IMG/VR virus record: IMGVR_UViG_2974628900_000001
Span: 60,305-124,304 of that record
Reading direction: 5' to 3' (one strand)
Length of the DNA: 64,000 nt
DNA from: Streptomyces virus StarPlatinum
Taxonomy: Duplodnaviria; Heunggongvirae; Uroviricota; Caudoviricetes
Numbering within the stretch: the stretch's first letter is position 1; each line of letters starts with the position of its first letter. The notes beneath the pieces were generated by a model. It saw only the letters and a program-made list of their open reading frames with translations, was not told where the DNA came from and did no database searches. The position numbers and the translations under genes were made by a program. Shown piece by piece: positions 53,893-62,069 of this stretch.

Positions 53893-54123
53893 GTGAGCGA
53901 ACTGGTTTGTCAGATTTGTGACAAGCAAAGAAATTCACTGGTGAATTACAAGTCACGGCTCAATCCATCCATGGATTTCGTGGTTTGCTCCGAATGCGCG
54001 GCAAACGAACGTGAGCCTAGATGGCTTATAATTCTGATGGCTCGTTCAGGCACCAACGTAGACAGATGGCGAAACGATAGACTCTACGTTGGTGGAGACA
54101 TCACCGATGAACATTTGAATTAA
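53893..54123 (+). CDS. zinc-ribbon protein
   Basis: 76 aa, CQICD...CSEC. Confidence 0.45.
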   Translation: MSELVCQICDKQRNSLVNYKSRLNPSMDFVVCSECAANEREPRWLIILMARSGTNVDRWRNDRLYVGGDITDEHLN

Positions 54124-54129
54124 GCCATC

Positions 54130-54187
54130 AGGCCGGGTATACTAGCCAAGACTAGGGAACTATGGGGTTCGAATCCCTACCGGCCGC
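54130..54187 (+). ncRNA. mini tRNA-like element lacking D-arm
   Basis: 6-bp acceptor aggccgg/ccggccg, CTAG-ccaaga-CTAG hairpin, canonical T-arm tggggTTCGAATcccta; only 58 nt. Confidence 0.3.
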
Positions 54188-54213
54188 AATAAAATCCCCT
54201 TGACGGGAGGATA

Positions 54214-54462
54214 ATGTACTTTGATGACGAGTATTCAACAGCAGAATGCATAAAGGATCTCACAAAGAGCATCTGGATTACCATCAAGCTTGTGTTGAGA
54301 TCAGAAGCAACTCCGGAAGAAATTTCCGGTGCTGCTGAAAGGGCCAAATTTCTGCGGCTCTATATAACGAGGTATCACAATAAGAGAATGACAGCATTGA
54401 CTGATACCGAGATCTGGCTTGCACAGGAAGTGGCCGAAGCTGTTGAAGATCTGATTGATTGA
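54214..54462 (+). CDS. hypothetical protein
   Basis: 82-aa ORF after TTGAC..RBS GGGAGGA. Confidence 0.45.
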   Translation: MYFDDEYSTAECIKDLTKSIWITIKLVLRSEATPEEISGAAERAKFLRLYITRYHNKRMTALTDTEIWLAQEVAEAVEDLID

Positions 54463-54487
54463 CTTTTAACTCATCAGTGATTACAAT

Positions 54488-54895
54488 TTGCATATGTCCA
54501 AGATATCAGCAGTTCTAGTCAAGGCTTACGCGCATCCCCTCGTGATTATCGAGGTGATCATAGCTGTTGGTCTTTTGGTCTCCGGATTGTATACGATGAG
54601 TTGGTTGTATCAGCCTAGTTCCACTACACCTTTGGGCGTGGCAATTGATTCAACTTACGTGAGAATGACCATTGGTGCTTTCTATGCTTCCTCCGCACTA
54701 GCGATTATGGCCGGTGCTAAAAGAGACAAGCGAACACTAGAGGCAACAGGTCTATTTATGGCATCACTGAGCTATGGGTTCATGACATTGCTCAGATGGC
54801 TAACAATTGGGTTCGTACCTTTGACATGGGTATTCAGCCTTACTCTTATGCTCATCGTGGCATTCCTATACTTTAGGATAAGGTTGCTGAGATGA
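54488..54895 (+). CDS. membrane protein (about 4 TM helices)
   Basis: 135 aa strongly hydrophobic. Confidence 0.5.
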   Translation: MHMSKISAVLVKAYAHPLVIIEVIIAVGLLVSGLYTMSWLYQPSSTTPLGVAIDSTYVRMTIGAFYASSALAIMAGAKRDKRTLEATGLFMASLSYGFMTLLRWLTIGFVPLTWVFSLTLMLIVAFLYFRIRLLR

Positions 54896-55194
54896 TGCCC
54901 GAGATGACTACGGCTTGGATTGCCCTTTTGGGAACAGTGCTGGGTGGGGTTGGACTAAAGTTTGTCGAACACTGGCTCAGTCGTAGCAAGGTTCGGGATG
55001 ATACTGCCGCTCAGCTTAGAAATGAGCTAAGGACTGAAATTCAGGGCCTCAAGCAAGAGCTGAACAATGTTGAAGCCGACCTAGACAAGTGGCGCGGAAA
55101 GTATTACGAATTGATGGACAACTTCATCAAGGTAAAGAGTGAGCTAGAAGCAGCCATGAGGCAGCTACAAAACAATCAACCCCCTGGCCCTTAA
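54892..55194 (+). CDS. membrane-anchored coiled-coil protein
   Basis: N-terminal TM helix then coiled coil; adjacent to 4-TM protein (possible lysis or membrane module, speculative). Confidence 0.45.
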   Translation: MMPEMTTAWIALLGTVLGGVGLKFVEHWLSRSKVRDDTAAQLRNELRTEIQGLKQELNNVEADLDKWRGKYYELMDNFIKVKSELEAAMRQLQNNQPPGP

Positions 55195-55225
55195 GCTAGG
55201 GGTGTTGTGCTAAGTAAGGAGCACT

Positions 55226-55417
55226 ATGCAAACAGTTGCGGAACGTCCGCTAAAGAAGACAGAAGATCGTTGCGACAAGTGCAACGCTCAGGCATTCGTA
55301 ATTGCAGAAAAGGGAGATCTGGCCCTTCTCTTCTGCGGGCATCATGGCAAGCAATACAAGCAATCACTTGAAGTAAAGGGATGGAGTCTACTAGACTTCA
55401 CAGACGAGATCGGATGA
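55226..55417 (+). CDS. small Cys/His protein
   Basis: 63 aa, CDKC...CGHH. Confidence 0.4.
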   Translation: MQTVAERPLKKTEDRCDKCNAQAFVIAEKGDLALLFCGHHGKQYKQSLEVKGWSLLDFTDEIG

Positions 55418-55420
55418 TCA

Positions 55421-55636
55421 ATGGGTTACATCGAAGTATGGGTAGATGAAGAGGAATTCGAAGAAGGGTTCCTTGACGCACTGCGTGACGGCGAGTATGA
55501 TGAACATGTAAGGCAGAGGGCAGAGGCAATCGGCCTCGACTTCTCCATAGCTCAAAAGTTCCATGAGATGCTTCACCCGCAGGGCACCTTGACAATCGAA
55601 CGTTGTCGTGAGTATCCTTGTAACGAAGCCACTTGA
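55421..55636 (+). CDS. hypothetical acidic protein
   Basis: 71-aa ORF. Confidence 0.4.
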   Translation: MGYIEVWVDEEEFEEGFLDALRDGEYDEHVRQRAEAIGLDFSIAQKFHEMLHPQGTLTIERCREYPCNEAT

Positions 55637-55649
55637 TGAAGGGCAAAAC

Positions 55650-55925
55650 ATGAAGGTCACACGAACGCAAAGTAAGCGGCCCAATGGCAGTGTTGGACCG
55701 GTCAGGTTCTCATTTGAGATCAAGGTAGAGGGCGAGTCTGGTCAGAACACCAGAGCGCGAGCAATCGCACAAGCTGATGCGGAAGCCTGGTGTAGGGAAA
55801 TGCGCGCCAGCGGCCTGGTCTTTCAGTTTGAGCAGATAGATGACGGTTGGACTAAGCCAGGTCAGATGATTTACATTGCCTACTTTGGCACAGACCTTTG
55901 GCTGGAGAAGGGACCCGGCGAATGA
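55650..55925 (+). CDS. hypothetical protein
   Basis: 91 aa from internal ATG. Confidence 0.4.
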   Translation: MKVTRTQSKRPNGSVGPVRFSFEIKVEGESGQNTRARAIAQADAEAWCREMRASGLVFQFEQIDDGWTKPGQMIYIAYFGTDLWLEKGPGE

Positions 55926-56365
55926 GTAAGTTTGAGATCGGAACCATTGTTGTTCTCAAGAATGACCCCGAAGCGGGCGTAGGCTGGGAAGACTTGCGCT
56001 GTGAGGTAATCGAGAATGACGCGAAGCCTGGATACATGTGGGTTCAGCCTCTGTCTGATCGCCCTGATGGATTCGGAAACTCTCGATTCTTCTGGAAGAC
56101 ACGATTCATGAAGATTGATTCTGACACTCTTCCCCAAGAGGGTAATGAATCAATGCCAATCGGTACTCGCGTGATGATCGTGAACTCTTACGAGGAGATT
56201 CACGCAAAGCCGTTCCTTGAGAAGTGGCAAGGTCTTGTTGGCCGAACAACAGCAAGGCCGTTCAATGGTAAGGTCCGAATGAAGCTTGATGGTCCTCGAC
56301 CTGACGGAATCAACATCGATTCAAATGATTTCTTCTGGAATCTCAGTGGTCTGATGACTGACTGA
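55922..56365 (+). CDS. tandem-repeat small beta-barrel (KOW/SH3-like, RPDG motif) protein
   Basis: Two internal repeats IGTIVVLKNDPEAG...RPDGFGNSRFFW and IGTRVMIVNSYEE...RPDGINIDSNDFFW. Confidence 0.5.
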   Translation: MSKFEIGTIVVLKNDPEAGVGWEDLRCEVIENDAKPGYMWVQPLSDRPDGFGNSRFFWKTRFMKIDSDTLPQEGNESMPIGTRVMIVNSYEEIHAKPFLEKWQGLVGRTTARPFNGKVRMKLDGPRPDGINIDSNDFFWNLSGLMTD

Positions 56366-56386
56366 TCCAGTGCCCTTCGGGGCTAT

Positions 56387-56466
56387 TCCCCAGTTGCTCT
56401 GTTTGGCAGGGGCCGCCTGACTTTGAATCAGGATTAGCGACGTAGGTTCGAATCCTACCTGGGGAG
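56387..56466 (+). tRNA. tRNA with anticodon TTG (Gln?) and long variable region
   Basis: Perfect acceptor tccccag/ctgggga, anticodon stem cctga/tcagg, loop ctTTGaa, 9-nt variable; GCCC-UUCG-GGGC hairpin upstream. Confidence 0.55.
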
Positions 56467-56485
56467 CTTTCTATTTGGAGGGCAA

Positions 56486-56659
56486 ATGAGGTGGGATAGG
56501 TACAGATTTTCCTGGGGCAACGAAGGCCACGTTACCGTAGAACTTCTTGCCAGTGGAAAGGTAATCAATCAGTTCACAATTGACGATGTTGATTGTGACA
56601 ATTTCATTTCCGATCTAGTAAAGTCTCGCAAGCAGGCCAAGCGAGCAAAGAGGAACTGA
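56486..56659 (+). CDS. small hypothetical protein
   Basis: GGAGGG RBS; 57 aa; TGATG overlap with next gene. Confidence 0.4.
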   Translation: MRWDRYRFSWGNEGHVTVELLASGKVINQFTIDDVDCDNFISDLVKSRKQAKRAKRN

Positions 56660-56904
56660 TGGTTGCTGTATTCAGCTTTAATGATCCAAAGGGTAAGCCT
56701 GTCAACAAGGTTGACTTCGTAAAGATTAAGGGTGCACCCATTCGACTGCGTAAGTGGAATGGTGTGGTGGGAATGGTCATGAGCGTTCCGCTTCCTGACG
56801 GCACAGTCCTTCTCTCCATTGAGAAGAATAAGCCGAGGGACTACGATCAGCGGATTGTTTACATTCCGACTCAGTACCTACATCTTGACCAGAAGAGGAC
56901 TTGA
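56659..56904 (+). CDS. small beta-barrel-like protein (RPDG-family relative)
   Basis: 81 aa, VDFVKIKGAPIRLRKWNGVVGMVMSVPLPDGTVLL. Confidence 0.45.
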   Translation: MVAVFSFNDPKGKPVNKVDFVKIKGAPIRLRKWNGVVGMVMSVPLPDGTVLLSIEKNKPRDYDQRIVYIPTQYLHLDQKRT

Positions 56905-56914
56905 TTTGAAAGAC

Positions 56915-57109
56915 ATGGCTGGCAACACACTGTATGGCAACAGCACAGTAGAGCTGTACCATGATGGGCCATGGCATGGCTTCCAGGCAAAAGTATTAAA
57001 TAGGCGCGGGGAAAACCTCGTCTGGCTTTCTCCATTAGCTCCTAGGCCCGATGGAAACGGCATGAACAAGTTCGTATGGCCACTGGACAGGTTGACGGTG
57101 GTCGGATAA
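56915..57109 (+). CDS. small beta-barrel-like protein (RPDG motif)
   Basis: 64 aa from internal ATG; LSPLAPRPDGNGMNKFVWPL parallels repeats in 55922..56365. Confidence 0.4.
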   Translation: MAGNTLYGNSTVELYHDGPWHGFQAKVLNRRGENLVWLSPLAPRPDGNGMNKFVWPLDRLTVVG

Positions 57110-57141
57110 TCAACTACTATAGAGGTAGTTGAAAGGAAGAC

Positions 57142-57351
57142 ATGGACGAATACAGATTGACTGTGGAAGGAGCGGTTCTAGACTCAGACAAGGCTGCAAT
57201 TGCAAGTCTTAATAAGGGTTTCGGACTGCTTCTTTCCATTTTGACAGAGCAGATCGAAGATCCAGACCATTACACTCAACAAGCATTGATTGTGTCAGCT
57301 CAATTGCATGACGCCGTCGCTATGTACCTTGAGAGACATGGTGAATGGTGA
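57142..57351 (+). CDS. hypothetical protein
   Basis: 69-aa ORF. Confidence 0.4.
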   Translation: MDEYRLTVEGAVLDSDKAAIASLNKGFGLLLSILTEQIEDPDHYTQQALIVSAQLHDAVAMYLERHGEW

Positions 57352-57608
57352 CAGAACTAGCTCAGGAAATCAAGAAGCTTTTCGATGAGAAGCAATATCG
57401 TTGGAGAGTAAACGGAAGGCTTAAGAAGCCGACACTCCGCGACTTGACAGACGCTCTTGAAAAGATCAAGGATAGACTCAAGGATGAACCGCTCGGTTCT
57501 TGGGTTTATGTTGGTCGTCTGATTGTCGTGAAAGATGTGGAGGGCAAGCTAGACGTTTATGTTCACCACGGGACAATTGAAGAAGAAGATGCGAACGCTG
57601 ATCAATAA
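57345..57608 (+). CDS. hypothetical protein
   Basis: 87-aa ORF. Confidence 0.4.
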   Translation: MVTELAQEIKKLFDEKQYRWRVNGRLKKPTLRDLTDALEKIKDRLKDEPLGSWVYVGRLIVVKDVEGKLDVYVHHGTIEEEDANADQ

Positions 57609-57638
57609 GCTTCGCAAAGTCATCTACGAAGGAATCAA

Positions 57639-58058
57639 ATGAATCAGTACGAGTTCCCTTACACCGATCACTTCACCGCAAACAGCAGCGTTATTGATGG
57701 AGTCTACTTCAATAAGGATGAGCAGAAGCTTGCTGTCCTTTTCAATCGTGGTGATGTTCAGGTCTACAGTGGAGTAAGCGAGGATGAATTCAGTCGTCTT
57801 CACTCTGCTCTCAGTGTTGGTGTTTATTACAATCGATACATCAAGGGTCAGTACAGCTCACAGGGTTGGGGCGACAGGGTAAAGTTCTACAAGCTGGCAG
57901 AGAAGAAGCCTCTTGAGATGCATCCTGAGTTCAACACTGTCGAAGAGAAGTCCGGCGATGTGAATGTGACTGTTAACATTTACGTCAATGGTAATCCGGA
58001 AGACATTGCAAAGGCCGTTGAGCGCCTTGCTCCGTCATTCCGAGCTATGAGGAGGTAA
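57639..58058 (+). CDS. hypothetical protein
   Basis: 139-aa ORF. Confidence 0.45.
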   Translation: MNQYEFPYTDHFTANSSVIDGVYFNKDEQKLAVLFNRGDVQVYSGVSEDEFSRLHSALSVGVYYNRYIKGQYSSQGWGDRVKFYKLAEKKPLEMHPEFNTVEEKSGDVNVTVNIYVNGNPEDIAKAVERLAPSFRAMRR

Positions 58059-58067
58059 GACATTATA

Positions 58068-58364
58068 GTGAATGTTGCCTCTCCTTCTGCATTGGAGGAG
58101 CAGGTAAAGGAAAGAGCACTGGTTGTCTTTTCTGCCCCGGCGTGGTGTGCGCCTTGTCGTGCACTTGCGCCACATGTCATTGCCCTAAGCGAAGAGGTTG
58201 ATTATCCCATCGTTTATGTGGACATTGACGAGGCTGAGGCAATTAGAGTAATGTACGATGTCATGTCAGTACCGCGTATTTATGAATTCGTCAACGGCGA
58301 ACCTACACGCGAACTAAAGGGCCGTACGATTCTAGCTCTACGAACGGAACTGGCCGCTGAGTAA
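58068..58364 (+). CDS. thioredoxin-like protein
   Basis: Active-site-like WCAPC in FSAPAWCAPCRALAP. Confidence 0.65.
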   Translation: MNVASPSALEEQVKERALVVFSAPAWCAPCRALAPHVIALSEEVDYPIVYVDIDEAEAIRVMYDVMSVPRIYEFVNGEPTRELKGRTILALRTELAAE

Positions 58365-58742
58365 TCAGCGGCCTTTGCCGTACCTTGACAGATAATCGGC
58401 ACAAGAGTATGGTTTAACCATGAACGTTTACATAGCACAGGCAATTGGTTTGATTCTGGGCGTTGTCGGAGTGATCATAGGTCACTACTCATATGAGTTG
58501 GCAAGCCGTATAACTGATTCGAAGGGGATGATCATATGACGTGTGCTGCGTGTGGTGGTGAATGCGACGAAACTATTTGTTTCGAAACATTTGGCGACAA
58601 GATCAGAAGACTATTCTTCTGTAGCATTTCACATCGTGCCGCCTGGTTCTTCGGATGGATGGTATGAGAATTATTGTAATAGGAGGGGTCGTAGTATGGC
58701 TCCTTCTAATTCTTTTTATTTGCAGGTGGTTCTACGTAATCA

Positions 58743-59240
58743 GTGAGAGGCGAGAGCGTGAGGGTAAGTCCGATCGTGAAGTTCGTTGGTGAGGATTACT
58801 ACCTCTCCAATTTCTATTCAGCTCCAGTAAAGCTAGGCAATCTCACATTCAAGACTAATGAGGCTGCCTTTCAGGCGTCTAAGTATCGGGCGATGACTGG
58901 CACACAGCAAGAGCAGTACGCATATATTGCTGCAATTCTTGATTGTGAAAAGCCTGGTGAGACTAAGAAGCTTGGCAAGCAAGTAGCAATAGACCTTGAC
59001 AAGTGGGAGCAAATCAAGGTACGTTGTATGAGAGACATTGTACGAGCGAAGTTCGATCAGAACCAAGATCTAAAGACTAAGCTCATGGCAACAGGTGCAG
59101 CTCTACTGGTTGAAGGTAATGACTGGGGAGATACATTCTGGGGCCGGTGCAATGGTAAGGGTGGTAATGTCCTTGGCTCCATACTAATGGAACTAAGAGG
59201 CTTCTACTACTGGTCAGAGATGGATTCAGTTAACTTCTGA
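58743..59240 (+). CDS. NADAR (YbiA/DUF1768) family protein
   Basis: YLSNFYSAPV..FKTNEAAFQASKY...LGSILMELRG matches NADAR pattern FSNFY..F.T.E..FQA.K ... LG..LM..R. Confidence 0.7.
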   Translation: MRGESVRVSPIVKFVGEDYYLSNFYSAPVKLGNLTFKTNEAAFQASKYRAMTGTQQEQYAYIAAILDCEKPGETKKLGKQVAIDLDKWEQIKVRCMRDIVRAKFDQNQDLKTKLMATGAALLVEGNDWGDTFWGRCNGKGGNVLGSILMELRGFYYWSEMDSVNF

Positions 59241-59243
59241 GAG

Positions 59244-59741
59244 GTGCTAATGGCACTGATGAATGATCTCGCTCGAATGAGCGAGGCTGAGATGTCAAGA
59301 AAGTTCAAGGGCCTTGTCGAGGGCTATGCCAAGGATCTTGCTAAGAGCAACAAGAGTAAGGGTGATCCTGGGACAGCTTCTATCGCCTCTGTGCGAGTCG
59401 GTAAGGTAAAGAGAAAGAAGGGGCAGCTAATCCCCTCACAGATCCTTCTTGCAATGCGTGCAGCCATCTGGAAGATGGGATGGGCACAAGGTGTTCTTCA
59501 AGATGAAGAGGGAAGGCTGTGCCTTCGGGGCGCAATGGTATGGCTCTATCGTAAGGGCTATTTCCACCAGGAAGACGGCGACATTGCTGCACAGTGGCTT
59601 CACGATGAAGTTCGCAGGAAGAATGGCGATGCGCAGAAGTACAATTTCATTTACTGGAACAACGATCCTCGCCGTACACTTGCAGAGATCCTAAAGATTC
59701 TGGAGGATGCAGGTAATCGTGCCAAACTGGCGGGAGAATGA
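59244..59741 (+). CDS. hypothetical protein
   Basis: 165-aa ORF. Confidence 0.45.
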   Translation: MLMALMNDLARMSEAEMSRKFKGLVEGYAKDLAKSNKSKGDPGTASIASVRVGKVKRKKGQLIPSQILLAMRAAIWKMGWAQGVLQDEEGRLCLRGAMVWLYRKGYFHQEDGDIAAQWLHDEVRRKNGDAQKYNFIYWNNDPRRTLAEILKILEDAGNRAKLAGE

Positions 59742-60153
59742 TTGGGAGCTAGCTGGATATCTGTCTGCTGAGGATTTTCAGCTAGCTCAGGCACAATGGG
59801 AAAGGGTAGCGGAGGAGTTCGTAACGCTACGAGATCGAATGCGAGAAATAGGCCCGGTGGCAGAGGCCGCCTCTATTTCTCTCAATGCATTCAGAGAGGC
59901 ACAGGACATGGCAGTGGACATTCGACACAGTGAATACCCCATGCGTGATGGTTACGGAACTTATTGGTATGACCCAAGTGGTTTCCATGGTGACCACGAA
60001 GAGAATTGTTTCATGTGTGGAGAATTCACCAATAGAGTAGACATTGATTATCATGGCTACTTCTGCAATTCAGACGAGTGCAACGAGGCCATTCGTAAGG
60101 ATCTTGAACGTCTGAATGGTGGTCCGGAGGAAACAAATGAAGATCGGGATTGA
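59707..60153 (+). CDS. hypothetical Cys/His protein
   Basis: 148 aa, C-terminal CFMCGEF...YHGYFCNSDEC. Confidence 0.45.
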   Translation: MQVIVPNWRENDWELAGYLSAEDFQLAQAQWERVAEEFVTLRDRMREIGPVAEAASISLNAFREAQDMAVDIRHSEYPMRDGYGTYWYDPSGFHGDHEENCFMCGEFTNRVDIDYHGYFCNSDECNEAIRKDLERLNGGPEETNEDRD

Positions 60154-60364
60154 GGTCAAGACGCTCAACAAGAACACGTTCTTCTCAGACTTGCTAGACT
60201 TGTCTGGCAAGACGGATGATGAGCGAGAAAAGGTTGTCAACATTATCGAAGATGTTCTAGATGGTGTTGCTTCTGGTTCAGGAATCGGCATCAAGGTAGG
60301 GGGAAAGCAGATTGCCATTCCTTCTAGCGCAATCGAATACGCAACGACCTACGAAGCCGATTGA
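60137..60364 (+). CDS. hypothetical protein
   Basis: 75 aa from internal ATG. Confidence 0.4.
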   Translation: MKIGIEVKTLNKNTFFSDLLDLSGKTDDEREKVVNIIEDVLDGVASGSGIGIKVGGKQIAIPSSAIEYATTYEAD

Positions 60365-60399
60365 CAAACTCATAGGTTCTCGTCTAGCATAAGAACATT

Positions 60400-60636
60400 A
60401 TGAGATATACAATTGTAAAGGAGTCTCTTAAAAGAGGCAGAGTGGTGGAGGGCTACAATTACTGTATCCTTGATACCAAGGTAGACAAGGTAGTCTTCCG
60501 CCATTCATCCGAATTCAAAGCTGAGTTCATCAAGGACTCTTTCAATGAGGCAAACGTCAGTAGCCGGTTCGAATACGAATTGCCAGGCAACGAGAGCATT
60601 GAAGATCTAGATGATTCAGCATTTCAAGGGGAATAA
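60400..60636 (+). CDS. hypothetical protein
   Basis: TTGACA-17-CTAGCAT promoter upstream; 78 aa. Confidence 0.45.
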   Translation: MRYTIVKESLKRGRVVEGYNYCILDTKVDKVVFRHSSEFKAEFIKDSFNEANVSSRFEYELPGNESIEDLDDSAFQGE

Positions 60637-60915
60637 ATGCTGGAGAAAATGGCCTGGCGATATCTGGCCCGGCGCATGGAGGCCCATCGTAAAGCAGGTA
60701 GACATCATGATGCAGACCACATCAGAGCAGCCCTTGCTACTAGACCACAGAAGCAATGCGCCCTCTGCTGCATAATGGAGAATACAGACTGGCTTGCATG
60801 GGCATCACGGTTTGATCCGTCCTTTAATATGGACGAAGACAAGGAACTGTATGGAAGTGCTACTAGTAATGCCGCCCGGTTTAGAGATGTGGTTCGGAGA
60901 AGTGGACTGGACTGA
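60637..60915 (+). CDS. hypothetical protein
   Basis: 92 aa; last confident + strand gene before repeat region. Confidence 0.45.
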   Translation: MLEKMAWRYLARRMEAHRKAGRHHDADHIRAALATRPQKQCALCCIMENTDWLAWASRFDPSFNMDEDKELYGSATSNAARFRDVVRRSGLD

Positions 60916-60974
60916 CGAATACTGGGATGAGGATGAGGACTACCGTTTTGGTAGTCCTTTCCCATTTTCCTGGA

Positions 60975-61031
60975 TTTTTAGTCAGCGGCCGATTTTTTAG
61001 TCACGAACTGATTGACCAGATTTTTAGTCAC
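60975..61031. repeat. three direct repeats GATTTTTAGTCA(C)
   Basis: ggATTTTTAGTCAgcgg / cgATTTTTTAGTCAcgaa / caGATTTTTAGTCAcaaa spaced 18-27 bp. Confidence 0.7.
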
Positions 61032-61594
61032 AAAAAGCCCGGTGGCTAGAGTCCCTTCCACACATATAAGACTCATAAGACATCGTATAAGACAGACTAG
61101 TCAATAAAGACTAGACAGAAAGCTTCATACGCCTTTGTAATAAAGAAGGCGTAGTCAGACACGTCAGTTGATTAAAGCATTGTGAGAAGCCAATGCAGCT
61201 ATGCTGCTGGTCTTGTTGAGAGTGCTGGTTGGAGTGGTGAATCAGCAGGATATCTTGATGTCGAGACAATAGTTATTGTCGGCAAGCCGACTATCCACAG
61301 GTAGGTGCACAGGTTGTGGATAACTTTCTCAGATTGTTGATTATCTTGATATAGAGATACTTGTTGAAATGTAGTGTGTAATGGTGCAGGAAATCGAAGG
61401 CGAATCGTAAGCCACACATTAGATTCTAAAGTCAGAAGGGGGTTCCGGCCTTAGAATCACAGCCAACATAGCCAGCCAGCCTAATAAAGTATCGATTCAA
61501 GGGCTCAGACGGCCTCTAAAAACCAGCAAAAATAGCCCCAAAACCTGCAAAATCTGCCAATAATTGGCCCAAATCCTTTGAAAACACAGTATTT

Positions 61595-62069
61595 CCGGGA
61601 GTTTTTGCACTCATTCGTAAAGGGCATGCCAGATAGACCTTAGAATCATAGGTCAGACTGACTATTTAGCCTTAGATTCCCAGGAATTTAGCAGCCATTC
61701 GTAAAGCAGCCTACTATGACAGCCAAAGTATGCAGCCATGGCTATGCAGCCTGGATACTCAGCCAAGACAGATTGATTGTGCTGTGTCTTATATGTAGAA
61801 TTGACCCGGTGGAGTATTGGTTGTTGTTCTATGTCTTATATAGTACAAGGACACCCAATGCCACCGGCCAACAATCTCTCCTTGTCCTATGTCTTATATC
61901 GGAAAACAGAAGAAGCCTGCCAATAAAGACGGCAGGCTTTGTTGCATGTCTTATATAAGACAGACCGAACTAACAATCAGAATCTTCCGCAGATTTTAGA
62001 GCCATTCATAAATGCGCTCCGATGATCTTTGTCAGATCTTCCGGGAATTTTAGGCCCATTCGTAAAGGG
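61595..62069. repeat. four direct copies of about 30-bp repeat ccGGgAATTTTAG..CCATTCGTAAAGgg
   Basis: Copies at about 61595, 61679, 61985, 62037 (ccgggagtttttgcactcattcgtaaaggg / ccaggaatttagcagccattcgtaaagcag / cagattttagagccattcataaatgcg / ccgggaattttaggcccattcgtaaaggg). Confidence 0.7.
61785..61956. repeat. four direct repeats (C)TATGTCTTATAT spaced about 50-60 bp
   Basis: gctgTGTCTTATATgta, ttctaTGTCTTATATagt, tcctaTGTCTTATATcgg, ttgcaTGTCTTATATaag. Confidence 0.7.
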
